Assembly (NCBI GenBank): GCA_964036045.1
Contig: OZ038379.1
Coordinates: 19,654,001 to 19,718,000, forward strand
From: Eutreptiella sp. 'Long Island Sound 2002'
Lineage: Eukaryota; Protista; Euglenida
Length of the DNA: 64,000 nucleotides
Direction: 5' to 3'
Part shown: in pieces, positions 1-12,700 of the stretch
How the letters are laid out: the number at the start of each line of letters is the position of its first letter
Numbering within the stretch: the first letter of the stretch is position 1
Notes under the pieces: generated by a model
The model's input: only the letters and a program-made list of their open reading frames with translations
Databases searched by the model: none
Told to the model about the DNA's origin: nothing
Program-made: the position numbers and the translations under genes

Positions 1-824
1 CCTGTGACGTTCCGTCTGGTTGTTGTTTCATTACGGGGCCCTGGACAGTCACCCGTTCTTACCTTCACATGTTGCGTCGGGCAGCGGCTGACAAAAAGCA
101 GCTCTTGCTGGTGTCGTTTCCGCGTTCGCGGAGCCCAATGGTTGCCCCCCCCCCCCCCCCTTGTATGCCTGAATCCCATCCTGGAACCCTCAATTGCCTC
201 CTCATAATCTTTCTGTCAGAAGGTTCGACTTGTGGGGCGGCTGAAATGCCATGCCGTCGCGTCACAACTTCATTGCATGTGTAACCTACCGCGGTGTGTT
301 GAGGTGATGAGCATGCAAGAGCGCCACCAGAGTAAGTCACTCGCTTCTGCAAGCTGAGCGGGCCACCCCTTCAAGAAACGACTCCTTGATGCTGAATGCG
401 CGAAACGGGCGGGGGCTTTCGCACAAGGCCTCGGTATGAGGTTGTTTGCCTTTGGCGGTGCCTATTGGGGGGGCGTGGCATACATTTTGGTGCACTCGCC
501 ACACTATGCACTCCTGCCAAAAGGCACCTTGCAAGGAGACTGTTGCCAGGGGGGGGGGGGGGTACATTACATCGTATCATATGCAACACCACGACAGCCG
601 CCACCCTCGATGACCCCGGGTCCCAGGAGATTGACACTTGCTGGGCCCCAACCATACAAACCGATCAATCCCAAATGCTGTGCAGCCCTGCATGGATCCA
701 AAAATAAGACCAAATCACTGAACTGAATACAATTGAACACACTGAACTGAATACAATTGTTTGGTTGTTGATGTTGGAAGTATTGACATGGAGACAATGA
801 GTTTTACAAACCTTTCCATTTCAC

Positions 825-831
825 ACACACG

Positions 832-868
<37 letters not shown>
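825..868. repeat. (CA)n/(CG)n microsatellite
   Basis: Direct reading of cacacac/gcgcgc run. Confidence 0.95.
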
Positions 869-873
<5 letters not shown>

Positions 874-1103
874 TGCATGCACGCACGCCTGTTTGTGCAG
901 ATGGCAAACTTGGAAGAGAAAAGGATCAATGGTACTTCTGCGCTTTTTTGAAGGTTATCGGCCATCAGTCCATGCCCTTGTGGACATGTGGCACGCAAGG
1001 GCACAAAGGTGCGCTTTGTGCCCGCATGTGGGCATGCACTCAAGATTACTGCACTGATCCTGTGGCCGCGAAGGACCCGATCTTCTGTGGTCCCCGGATC
1101 AAT

Positions 1104-1290
1104 TCGTATCCTATCGTATCCTATCGTATCCTATCGTATCCTATCGTATCCTATCGTATCCTATCGTATCCTATCGTATCCTATCGTATCCTATCGTATC
1201 CTATCGTATCCTATCGCATCCTATCGTATCCTATCGTATCCTATCGTATCCTATCGTATCCTATCGTATCCTATCGTATCCTATCGGTAT
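1104..1290. repeat. 10-bp tandem repeat (CTATCGTATC)n, about 18 copies
   Basis: Near-perfect 10-bp periodicity made of alternating TATCC/TATCG pentamers. One variant unit near 1217. Confidence 0.97.
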
Positions 1291-1454
1291 CGTGTCGCAT
1301 CACATCGTCCCCGGGTCGTACCACAGCGTGCACGGAATCGTATCTCCGTTCGTGGTCTTCATCCTCTCCAGTCCACGAACAACAGGGATTCGGGCGTTGT
1401 TGAACGGAAAAAAAACCCCTCCCGGCCTCCAGTACCTTGATACAGATGAGTGGC

Positions 1455-1620
1455 AGTCCGCTAACTGCCAAACGCTGTGAGTCGACCACCAACCGACGTC
1501 AATGGACAACCAACTGCCATTGGCTGAGCGCCACCTGCCCATACTTAGCGAATCGTGAACTGCAGTCCGCCAACCGTCAACCATCGTGGGTTGCCCGACG
1601 CCCGACGGGGTTGCTCCCAA
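1455..1620. repeat. Interspersed 'aaccgcc/aaccgtc'-rich repeat family member
   Basis: Shares AACTGCCA(T/C)TGGCTGAG with the reverse complement of 25219-25235. Similar low-complexity text at 22020-22085. Confidence 0.55.
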
Positions 1621-1732
1621 GCAAATGAAGGAGTCTAAAACCACAAAAAAGGCCGGCGAAAACTTGGACGCCCGGCCAGGGACAGGAGCGGGACACGGAT
1701 CTCCTGAGAAGGGAGGGGCAGTGGGGCTGTAC

Positions 1733-2034
1733 CTTGACGCCGTCACTCAACCCTGTGTACACATGCTCCTGGCGATTTTCACGCAAATCCCACTGGCGCA
1801 CTGTGCAATCATCTCCACCGGTCCAGACTTTGGAATCCCGCCCCTGAATGCAGAGAATGGCGTCCTGATGCCCCTTATACGTCATCACGCAGCGCGACGT
1901 CCGGATGTCGTACACGAATAAGTCGCCGCTGGAGCTCCCGGCGAGCAGCATCGACTGCTGCCCTTCGCTGCAATCCACGCCGCCAGATCCCAAACACCGC
2001 AGGGAGCCCATTCCTGCAGCGGCAGAAGGGCAGC
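1733..2034 (-). CDS. WD40 gene exon 4
   Basis: Long pyrimidine tract then CCGAAG|. Peptide LLAGSSSGDLFVYDIR..GHQDAIL..VRQWDLR. Donor AAG|GTACAG. Confidence 0.8.
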
Positions 2035-4918
2035 CTTCGGGACGGAAGGAGACGGAGGCAGAGGCAGAGCGGGGATGGCAGATGCAAACAGGTGCTCCAG
2101 TCCTGAGTAGATAAGCGACGTCGCTCATAGCGATTTGGAAATCTTCCGGCGGCACCCCGGGGACAGGCCTGCGCTTGAAGCCCCGACACTATGTTCTGTT
2201 CCAACCGCTTCTATCCGCCTCCAACCGTTTTGTAAACGACAGATCTCGTGCCCCAACTGCTCTAATTATACACCCTGTATTTCTGCAGGGGGGCACTTTC
2301 TTGCTCAAACTGCGTGTAATTGTGCTTCACACTCAGAGGTGTCATCCATCCAAAATTTTAAGCACATCCGAACCACCACGAGGCAATTCTGAGTTTTGGC
2401 CATTTCGCATGTGCTGCTTGCGGCTCGCCCACTTCCCCGCCCCTCAAGGGCATCCCTGCCCCCAGGGACCGTCCAGCGCCTTTGCGGGACAGTGCTGTTT
2501 GGGTACACGGACGGGACGGGATTCACCTGCGCAGCCATTACTGAGACGACCAACGGCTTTTGGCTTTCTTCAACGCCGGGGCATCAGAAACGGTCAGGGC
2601 CTTCAAAGCTGACAACATTGCCCTGCCCCAGGCGGTTGGTCTGTTCGTGGGTCTCGAAAGAATTGCGGCCCTTTGAGCTGTAGCTTAGTGACCCTTCGCA
2701 TATAAACCGGGGTGGCAAATTTCCAATCGCAGCTGACCTTTGAATGCCCATTGCAGATGATGGATCGTGCACTTCAGCAACCACATCCCAGGTAGATCAC
2801 GCTGTGGCAAATTTCAAATCACGAAGGCTACTTGACAGCCCCGGCAGCGTTGAGGCGTGGGGTGGATGCGGGGTGGCAGCGTCCCTTCTATACTGCTGTC
2901 ATTGAACTCGATTTCGATATTCCTAATCTTGCGCGCGACTTCAAAACGCCCAGGTTTGCAACATACTGCAGGGGCAAGCACAACACGTGAAGAAACCCCT
3001 CAGATATTCTCAAAAAACTAAGTAAAACGATGAAAATACAACGAGCTGCAATCTGCTTTCAAATCCTGAACTGTAATAGCAATGGACTAAACTTCGCAAC
3101 TAGCTCAATCTCTGTCGAAACAGAGAGAATCATAACAACATGTGCCTATTCATCGTTTGGTGTTGCCCCACCCAGTAAAAAAAAAAGATTTGGACCACAG
3201 AGGCCGACGGCTTTATTTGATTTTAGGTACACGTCCATCGTCGAAACTAAGTTGAGCGACCGTTGTGTACTGCAACCATGGGCTGTTCCTGGCCAGCGCA
3301 ACCCGCAATGCGATGCACACAGCTCCGACAGTCCAGCGGCAAGATGGGCGGTGTGTCGTTGCGACCATTGCTGGGTCACCTTGAATCGATAGGCATGCAA
3401 AAGCTACGGAGGAACACAATGGAACGCTGCGCACCTTCAAATATCGAGATGAGACTGAAACTCTCGAGATCGAAGCACTTCGTGAGCCCGTCAAGAGAGC
3501 ACGTGTACAGGCGGCCCTCATTAGTTATCACATCTTTGATATTGCAGCTGTGCACCCGCTTTGCCTCGGCCTGGACCCCCGTCATGCGGTCCATGCACAC
3601 GACCTTCCCCGTTGCGTTGCCGACGATGACGTGTTTGGCCGTGACGGTGAGGCACTCTAGCGGATCGGAGTTGCGGACAGGCTGGAACAGGTCGTTCCCG
3701 GAGGCCAACTGCGACGGCGCAGGAAAGGCTGTGCCTTGGACGGGGTGAAGAGTCACGGATGTCGGGGTCAGTGATGCACATGGGAGACCCTCCCCCGGGC
3801 TCAAACTCCACCGAAAATGCTGTTCGATGTGTCCATTAACCCTACCATTCTGCTCTTCAAAAATTGGGGAGTGATTGTACATTGTGACTTGCGTGTGACA
3901 ATCGAAACCCATTAGTCACTCCTACATTGCCCTCCCGAATCCCCACGTCGCTTTCCCATCTCATCCCGCACCACACTTCTCCTTGTGTCCTCCTTGTGTG
4001 GCTGTAGCGGCCGTAGTGGCCCCACATACCACACAACGACGAAAGGCCTTGAAATCCAAAGGATAACGGGGAAACATGGAAAACCGTGGCCGTGTGTTGC
4101 GTTGCACAACGGTTGTTAGTGGGTGGGTGGAGGGTCCCCATAAAGGGTCCCCATTCGCGCCGGAACTCCTCCGCTTTTCGGAAGCCCGCAAGCTCGCGGC
4201 GTCGGACCCGGTGTAAAAGATGGCATCGCTAACAACTTCCTTGTCGGCCCCAAGATACTGGCCCCAAGGTCCAAACGTGCCGGACACAATGCTTTGCGCA
4301 CACTGAAGCGCAAACGGATACAGCTCGCGCCTTTGGCATTGCGTTTCACACTCACAACTTGGGTGGAGGAAGTAGAAGAAGAGCATCTAATTGCAATTTC
4401 TACCAAAAAGCCCGAAAAGCCCGCGAGTGGGCATCCGAAACCCTCATCCAACCTCACGCGCTAGCGAGCAAGCGCACCTCCCAGCCCCGACATGTCTTAT
4501 CTTTCGAGACCGAGTACAAATGCACGTCTTCGTCCTCCTCGTTGCACACGACCTCGAGCTTGCGAACGACGTCGCGGTGCCCGTTCATCGGCAAGAGGTC
4601 GTGCTTGCTGGCCATGTCGTATCGGTAAATGGCGCCGGTACAACACCCCGCGTATGCAATGTTGTCGCTGATAGCGAAACTGTACACGTATTCCGGGCTC
4701 ACCACCATGTGTTCTAGCAATTGTGGGCCGAAATCAGACCTGTTTGAGCCCCTACGCAATGTTGGCTTCTCGCGTTTCTTGACGGCCGTGCGAAACGGGG
4801 GGCGTTTGTCGCCGTCGGGGGCGGCGGTGGATTGGTTGAAATCGCCGTCTATGAGTGGCTGCTGCCCTGGGCTATGCCTTATAATGCTCTCGAAGAGCGA
4901 TGGCAACGCGAGCTTCAT
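1733..4918 (-). CDS. WD40-repeat protein, spliced, 3' end unresolved: join(4918..4478, 4302..4167, 3734..3435, 2034..1733), about 393 aa so far
   Basis: Several GH...WD-like repeats: NGHRDVVRKLEV..LYSVSKDKTCRGWE, LYTCSLDGLTKCFD, YKGHQDAILCIQ..VWTGGDDCTVRQWD. Hand-chosen GT-AG junctions give consistent phases (0,1,1,0) and 1179 nt, a multiple of 3. Confidence 0.8.
2964..3177. mobile_element. MITE-like element with imperfect TIRs and flanking TA
   Basis: Left end TA-CTGCAGGGGCAA, right end TTGCCCCACCCAG-TA (reverse complement TA-CTGGGTGGGGCAA). About 214 bp, non-coding, intronic. Confidence 0.5.
3435..3734 (-). CDS. WD40 gene exon 3
   Basis: Pyrimidine-rich CCAAG| acceptor. Peptide VIVGNATGKVVCMD..LYTCSLDGLTKCFD. 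Donor G|GTGCGC. Confidence 0.75.
4167..4302 (-). CDS. WD40 gene exon 2 (tentative donor)
   Basis: CTTCAG| acceptor in phase 0. Peptide IFYTGSDAASLRA is WD-like. Donor A|GTTCCG chosen because its phase fits exon 3. Confidence 0.55.
4478..4918 (-). CDS. WD40 gene exon 1
   Basis: ATG at 4918 downstream of a T-rich tract. Contains a WD repeat. Ends GAG|GTGCGC. Confidence 0.8.
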
Positions 4919-6919
4919 CACGTCAAGGTGAGTTCACCTCACAAACACAAACAAAAACGAAATGAACAACAAACACGCGCGGTTACACTCCATGATGGTT
5001 GCATGTCATGGTTTGTGGCGCGTCGATCATGTCGTTCTATGGGGAAGCGTGTGTAGGCGCACACGCACAAGAGCATTGTCGAGCGACACTAACGAAGCAT
5101 ACATCCGTTGAGCGCCTATCGCATTACGCGAATACTATACGACAAGCCCACTCATTTTCGTTTCCTTTCTTGTTGAAACTCAAGAATCGAAAAGGGGTGG
5201 GTTTGAAGAACACAAAAACGATGCAGAAGGGATCGGGGGAAGCTTCAATCACATGATTGTCGTGATGGTGAGAATTTCACGGTTCTCTTCGTTCCGCACC
5301 GCACGAGAAAATTCTCCAGCCAATGCCACTCAATACGGGCCAGCCACGGGATTCGTCAAAAGCAAGAAACATCACCTCTTCAACAAACGGTCGGCACAAC
5401 TTGTGGCCAACGGTACCAGTACGGTACCGGGGAAGGTGGACCGACGTGTGCCACGGGTAGACGTCCACCGGGCGTCAACCCGTGCGGTATGAAGTGGCAG
5501 TGTCGACGTGTGTGTATGTAGGAAAAGTGAACGAGGTGAATGATGCTTTAGAGGCAATCGTTAGGGCTATAACCTTGGGTACTGCACCCTGAGTCTCGAC
5601 AAGTGTTTATGTCATGGATGATCAAATCAAAGTCAAAAGAACAGTCGAAAGGTCCACCAATAGACCTACACCTTACTTATGTGTAGACTACTCAATTGGT
5701 TCCGTGGTATGTCTCGGATGCCTATCATGATCAATTTTTCACCCATCTTTCCTTCATGGGCCACCTCCTCGTGCATATGATAATGGACCCTATGCAAGCG
5801 TCTTTCGAAAAGCTAACGGTGTAATTTCACTTCACTTCAACAGCAGGACGTGAATCCTCAATGTTTAGCCATCGACGTACCAAACCCAAGAAAAAAGAGG
5901 ATCTGAATGTTTTGTGACCTATTGCCGAGCGGCTCTCTTTCCTAACGTCACCGGCTTCAACTTTTCAAATAGAGTCTTTGTCAACCGAGAATTGATTAGT
6001 TCCCCTTCCATAACCTTTGAAACAACACGATTTGGGAACAATAATCAAATGACAACAAGCGTGGCGTGGTTCTTTCTTGAGTACACACAACAGGGCTACA
6101 CCATATTAATGAAAACACCCTCCAAGCTGTTTGTCCCCCGTGTCGCGTGTCGCGGAACGTGCGGTGTCAAAATAGAACAGAGAGGTGAACCAAATTCAAT
6201 TTAGCTACCTTCTTCCGCCAAGTAGTGATGCCTCAATTTCTCCGCTTCCTACACCCGCGATTGAAAGAAAGAACTTTCTGTGGTCCCATGTGCATCTAAA
6301 CCTTTGCAAAGGACAACTTCCGCAACTTCTCGCACCAACTTGTATGTAATTTGGTTGGATCTTCCAGTAACACAATTTTCCCCAATGGTAATCCCAAGTG
6401 CCTCGAGGTGGAGCAAAGGTGCATGTCCCTAGTAGCACGTTCGTGGCGCAATCAACAAGACCCTAATCAGGGCCATTGCTCTAATTGAGGGCCACTTTGG
6501 GCTCATATTGACTTTTTATGGGAAAAGCTTTGAAACTTGGTACCAATGGCCCTATCAATGTCTCCATTGTCCCTCCCAGCAAGGGAACACGTGAAAGACC
6601 ATGAATTGACTTGGAAGTGAGGCACATACTTCATTCGATGGACCACCAAACCCAAGCATGCCATGTGAAATGAAAGTTGTCGTGGTGTTGAAAAACACCG
6701 GTGTGGGGGTCTTGTGTCTTCTCATAGTTCTTCATCCATATCCTTCTCCCATTGCGGGCACATCCATTCTTCGTCCTCTTTGGGCATCTCCTTCAAGCCG
6801 GAACACCTTAAGTGGTGCCAAGCGGTGCATGATCACACCCAACCCAATCTTGCTTCACGGACACAGACCACTTTCTTCATCACCCTTGGCACAAACCACA
6901 GGTCCATCCTCGTACTAGA

Positions 6920-7220
6920 CGCAGTCTTCTTCTTTTTCTTCCTTTCTTTCTTCTTCCTCTTCCTCACCATCCTCCCTATCCCACATCACCTCGTACCCTT
7001 CTTCATCTGCGGCACTTGAACTTGAAAAGAAACAAAAGGAAAAGGAGGCAAAAAGGAAAAGGAAGGATGGGCAAGGAAAAAAGGGGGCAAAATGGAGAAG
7101 GGTGGAAAGGGAGGAGGAGGAGGAGGAGGAGGAGGTAGACATGGATGAGGAGAGTGAAGAGGATAGTGAAGAAGTCATCACTCGTTACTGTGGCACACCA
7201 CCACCACCACCACCACCACC
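6920..7220. repeat. Pyrimidine-rich tract followed by purine-rich (GAG/GAA) and (CCA)n tracts
   Basis: Direct reading. Accounts for the poly-S and poly-E low-complexity ORFs. Confidence 0.85.
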
Positions 7221-9726
7221 ACTACAGTCGCGGCTGAGCGCGTCTTGCCTCCACCCCTGCCCCTCCTCCCTTTGCTACCAACCTCTGATTCAAATGAATC
7301 AGTGGAGGCTTGGCGGCATGGCGATGGGTAGGGTTAGCTATGATTTGAGGTGTGTAGGACGAGCACTTCACCCTCACATAGGCCTCCACATAGGCTACTT
7401 TTCACACAAGGTGAAGGTGTGGCCTTCTTTTGAGGTGGGGTCTCAAACACGGTGTTCTTGGGAGCAGAGCTCCTTGTTTTCATGGGTGTGGTGTTCGTGT
7501 CATCCGTGTCGTGTGTCACACGTTTGGATGTTTGTGGTGTAGGATCACCACCCCAACATGGAGGGTGACCAGTGCAATTTACCCAAACACAACAATACTG
7601 TTGTCTCTTCCCCTTCTTTGTATTGCCGGGGAATACGGGCCAAGTCGTTGCAGCTTGCATGACTTGCAATAGAAACAAGAAAAAAACTTTGAGAGCTTCC
7701 TAAATTGGAGTTGTTGGATCCTAAATTAAGCATTGCCCTTAGGGCAGAAATCAAATGGGGTATCAAGATTTGCACCGTTGCACCCGGGAGGTCCAAATGC
7801 CCAACTCTAGGTGCGCATTGCATGGGCAATCACAAAGCAACAAAGTTTGGACCAAACCAGTGGATGTTGGGAATTGGGAATTGGGAGTTGACCAAGCATG
7901 GGACTTCGATTTCAAAACTGCAACATCAAAATGCACCTTTAACCTCTAAATTTACCTCTCCACAGCATAAGTGGACCACAAGCAACACTCCCGACTAATC
8001 TAAATCTTAAATCGTGTGGAATGATCAAACTTCAACAACCAAAGTCACCAAAAAAGCACAAGTTTGCACCACAAAACAACATACTTGGACTTGCAGAAAA
8101 GGCTGTTCGCTCCACAAGAGGCGGAGACCCCACAGAACGAGCATTTGGAGACACAAAGACATATTACATACAATCAAGCAGATCAGGAATCTCTGAATTT
8201 GGCGATCTCCAAAACGGCATTACCACGCAAAACAAAATTACATCACGCACCGAAGAATCCTTATACTTTTAGAATGATGCACAAAAATCATTCGCAAATA
8301 GTTAGAAAGGCCTTGAAAATACAATTGACAAAAACCATTTGGTAGTGAAGTCAGTGCCATTCCAACAAATCCAACAAAAGGGGGCCGTTCCGTCGACACG
8401 CGCGACCATTGAGTCTTGCAGAATACGATCCCCAGCAGCCTCCAATTACCGGAATCTACTGAATATGCTGAAAACGTTGAATCTGCTTAATCATCCCGAG
8501 AGCTATGCTTCTGTGCTAATCATGTCTTTCAGGGGCCATTTGCTCCAAACTTGAAGTATGATTTGGTCCGGAAACGCACCAAATTCCACCACCCCCTTTA
8601 GGAATCCATTTCCAAGCGCCCAAGTCGCGGTTTTCGGACCAATGGGGGTGAACACCAACACATCCATGAAACGTGAAGCTTCCACCACTTATGAGTGAGG
8701 GGTTTGGTCCCTAGTTGACCTCAAAAAAACAATCACCGAGACCAACAATAACAAGTCCCGTAGTCTTGAAATGGAGAATTGGTTGTGGCATGCCCATAAA
8801 ATCGGTACACCCTGTTGAGTTCGTGAAGTTTTCATCTCGTGTGCACCTTCACATTATGGGTCGAAAGCAACATTTTGCAATGCTCTAGGAATTGCAATAG
8901 ATCGGAATTCCATTGTTTGTGGTTTGGTGGTATTTTAGGCGAGAGATGTGCTCTTGCGAAGCTCAAAGCGCTACTATCGCAAGTGCTAGTGCGATATTAT
9001 TTCGTCGCCTATTAGCTATGAGCGAATTTTGAACAATGTTGCTTGGTGAGTTTCCCACCACAGATGCGCAGCGGAGCTACCCATCGGAGGGGGGCAACCA
9101 TACCTCGGAAACTTTTGTGGGACGCTTAGTGCGCTCGGGGAGTAGAGAGTTCACTCGGAGATCGAGTTGTGCTTGGTTGTGTTTGGCTTTTGTCGTGAAC
9201 ACGTTCCTCTCTATGAAGGCTTTCGACTAACGTTGTGGCCTTGTGTCATTGGTGCGTGAGCCATGTGTATGGATGCATTTGCGTATGTTGATTGAGTGTT
9301 CGGGCGTTGGGCATGCCCGCGTTCCTTGCTTGGTCACGTGGTATAAAACTGGGTTGCGTAGAGGCTCCCTTGGCTCCATAACGAAAACGACACGCGGAAC
9401 ATGCGCGGAATATGTCGATTGAGGTCGAAAGCGGAAGGGTTAGTTCGGGTTGAAGGGTCGCGGAAAATGGCAACGGATTGCGATCGTGATTATATTTTGA
9501 CATCGGATTGAGTCGACCGGCAAATAAAAAGTGTTCTCCTTCTCCGCACTTGTTGGACATCGTTATCGGATCTTTTTTGGCGGTCGGGGCAAACTGCAAT
9601 CAAAAAATGGTGGTAGTAACCGACGAATGACATTTGCAACTCTTTGTATTAGGAAACGGAAAAGAAGCTTTCGTAAAAATTTATCGACGGCTTTTGTGGA
9701 CATTGATGCTCATGGCTTCCGAAGCG

Positions 9727-9790
9727 ATGGGGCAAAGCTCTCATGGCATCCACGAGGTGAAAGTGGTGGTGGTTGGTAACGGCCCGTCAG
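9727..9790 (+). CDS. OSGIN: OSGIN-like exon 1
   Basis: ATG..VKVVVVGNGPS G|GTAAAC (first Rossmann motif). Confidence 0.85.
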
Positions 9791-12700
9791 GTAAACCCTT
9801 TGTTCGTCGTACACAAAACCTAAGCTTCCATGTCGCGTCCACATACACGGGGTAAGACGTCGTGCGACCATGGGCATGGTAAGGAAGGGGTCACATGAAT
9901 AGGGTGGTCACGATGTCATTGTTCTCCGGCAAGGTGAACCGCGACTGTGCGTTGTGATACATATGGTGCAGTGAGTGTTTTCCGTTTACGCCCTGTTGAT
10001 ATTGTTGAGCGTTGTGTTTTGCACTGTGGACACACAGTGCAACTTGCCCTCAACATGACCTTTGCAAGTGGCCGAACGCCCATGGATTTGCACAAGTCGA
10101 TTCAGAAATTTGCAAGCACGCCGCAGATTCAGAGACGTGCGCACACCCCTAAAAAATGTCCTTCCGGCTGTTGCAATTTTTGCATTGTACACAATTTAAG
10201 TTTTATTACGAATCATTTGTAACAACAAGTGGCGGTTTGGTCTAGTGGCATGATTCCCGCTCAGGGTGCGGGAGGTCCCGGGTTCAATTCCCGGAACCGC
10301 CCTTATATTGTTCGTCATTGCGCGTTCCCTGAATCAAGGCCAGGGGTTAGGATCAGGATCATCCTGCACTGGCATGTGTCCTTGGCATGTGTCCTGGAAG
10401 CTAATGCTTGTGACAAAGGGGCATTCTCCAAAGCAGTCTGGTCTGTCCTGGGCAGGAAGTATACGTGCATTTGTTTTGTGGCACTCATCTCCTCGGTCAG
10501 GTGCGCAATAAGAGACAAGGGCCGGCTCATAGAAGACCAGGGACTTCTATTTCGGACACTAGAGTAGGATGGTGGCCTTGCTAATTCCCTTTTGGATTGG
10601 TTGTGGGTTTTTCATTTATTTCCGGAATATTTTGTTTACAGACTAGGCCTACCACTTTCCCCAAGCTCTTTGCGAGGCAGGTACGAGGATTTCCCCATCC
10701 TTTAGGGCTCGCAACCAGCGCCGTGCTTGCGGGATATTGGCCCTTCTACCGTGCTGATTCACATCCCGACCCCGTCTTGAATGCCAAGATCTTGGCTGAA
10801 CAGCGCCGCGTGGCCGGACTTACTGAGGGCCGTGCTCCCTCAGACGTCTCCCTCCTGGAGCTCGACTTGAAGGCTTTGAGCACGGGCCTAGAGGGCCGTT
10901 CTAATAATCCGATGGCACTGCTCGCGGATACTTTGCTGCATCCAGGTTGGACGTTGGGCGTGCTCTTCTGGACCATTTTGTGCGTGGTCACCCCACTAGA
11001 ATCGCTGAACGGTTTTGTGAATGCCAAATCGACCACGTTCTTGAAACGCGTTGGCCCAGTATGTTGCTCAGTGAATTGACAAATCTGCACTCTGGGGTGA
11101 AAAAAAACAACCTCGGTTGCTGCTGATTCATGTTTGGTGTTTTGCGGCCATTAGGGTCCAAAACCTATGTTTGGAACGTAAATTTTTTGCACCGCTTGAA
11201 AAACGCTCTCCACTGATAGAAAGGCCCAGGTAGGTCCCATTCTCAGCGCAGCAGGCTGTCCGATGGCGGTACAGTGCTGTCCTGTGCCAGCGCTGCTGCA
11301 CGGCTGGTTTTTTCCAATACTGTTCTTTGATGTTTATCATCTGGACATGACATCTGGACATACTAAGTTACTTTGCTCATGAAAAGCTGCTGGCATACTG
11401 CACTGCACTGTTGCACGATATTCCTTTTCCACCAGTTCACCAGCCCGAGGGAGGGTGATGCAGCTGTGTAGCCGGGGGTTCCATGGAAATTTACAGCGGG
11501 TGGGCTGGCCGGCCTTTGCACGCAACCCCGATGCCGTACGGCTGAAAAACGGCTCAACGCCTGTGCACTGTGCACGTCGCAGTGTACATTGCAAGCTGCG
11601 TGCTGTGAGCGCACGTTCTGCGCACTTTGCAGCGTGCACGCATTTTGGAATTTTATGGGGTCGAAAATAGGCCCCAATCAGGTTCTCATGGCGCAAAAGC
11701 CCAAAGCCTGGACCCAACGAGACTGGGTGGCTAAGCAGTGCCCCCCCCCCCCCCCCCCCGCTGAGCACCTTATGCATTGAGACACCACTTGAAGCCTCAT
11801 GGGAGCGCGTGGGTTTCTTGGGGGACGAAGTGCACGTGACTGCACAGTCACGGGGAATGGAGCGTTGAGCATGTGGGTGAACGTCGCGGAAGCAGGCATC
11901 CAAGACAGCAGGAGACACGGTGCTGCACGAAGCAGAAATAAAGAGCCCAACACCCTTGAACCTTTGTCTTGGCGACAGTCCTGTCCGGGATGCAACGGCA
12001 CAATCCGGGAGACTGGGGGTCGATTCGAAGCGGGAGGAACGTTATTTCCTCCCGGTTGGTTCACAAAGCATAAGTTGGTGCCTGGCCACACTGCCCGTCA
12101 GAAGTCCTCGAGGGCGCGAATCGGCGCTGGGGCGACCCGCGATAAGGGGTCCGTTCGGCTTTTTACGCTCGATTGGTCACAATGAAACCAATCGCATTTT
12201 GGATTGGAAAACCTGCTGCCGACTCCTGCCGCCGTTCCAGTTGCCATTTCTTTTTCCCGTACCCTCTTTCCCGCCCCTCCCGCCCCTGCGTCTTGCCGCC
12301 AACGGTGCACACTTTGTACGTGCAGGGGCTGACGGATCCTACGGTCCCGGCTTCCACGATGGCAGTGTGACGTGTGTTGAAGTTCGGTACGACCGGAAGT
12401 GGGCGGTGCCCCATGTGGTTGTGGGTTCTGGCCCTGCAGGCGGCTCGTGGCAGGACATGTCCCAGGGCCTCGTGACCCTCAGCCCAGGGTACTGGATGGA
12501 GCTTCCTGGGATGCGGCTGAAGGATTATCTCTCCGAGGTGAAGGTAGTGCGTGCACACGGCCAGAGGCAGGGATGGGTGGCATTTCCCGCCAGGGAGGTG
12601 TGTTGCTTCTCTTGGGCACCAATCCAAACGGTAAGTAGCAGGGCCACCATCCTACTCTCGTGTCCCTCAGAAGTCCCTGGTCTGTTAGCCAGCCCTTGTC

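Noticed and set aside
873-1440. ORFs with (SYRILSYPIV)n
   Set aside because: They are translations of the 10-bp microsatellite.
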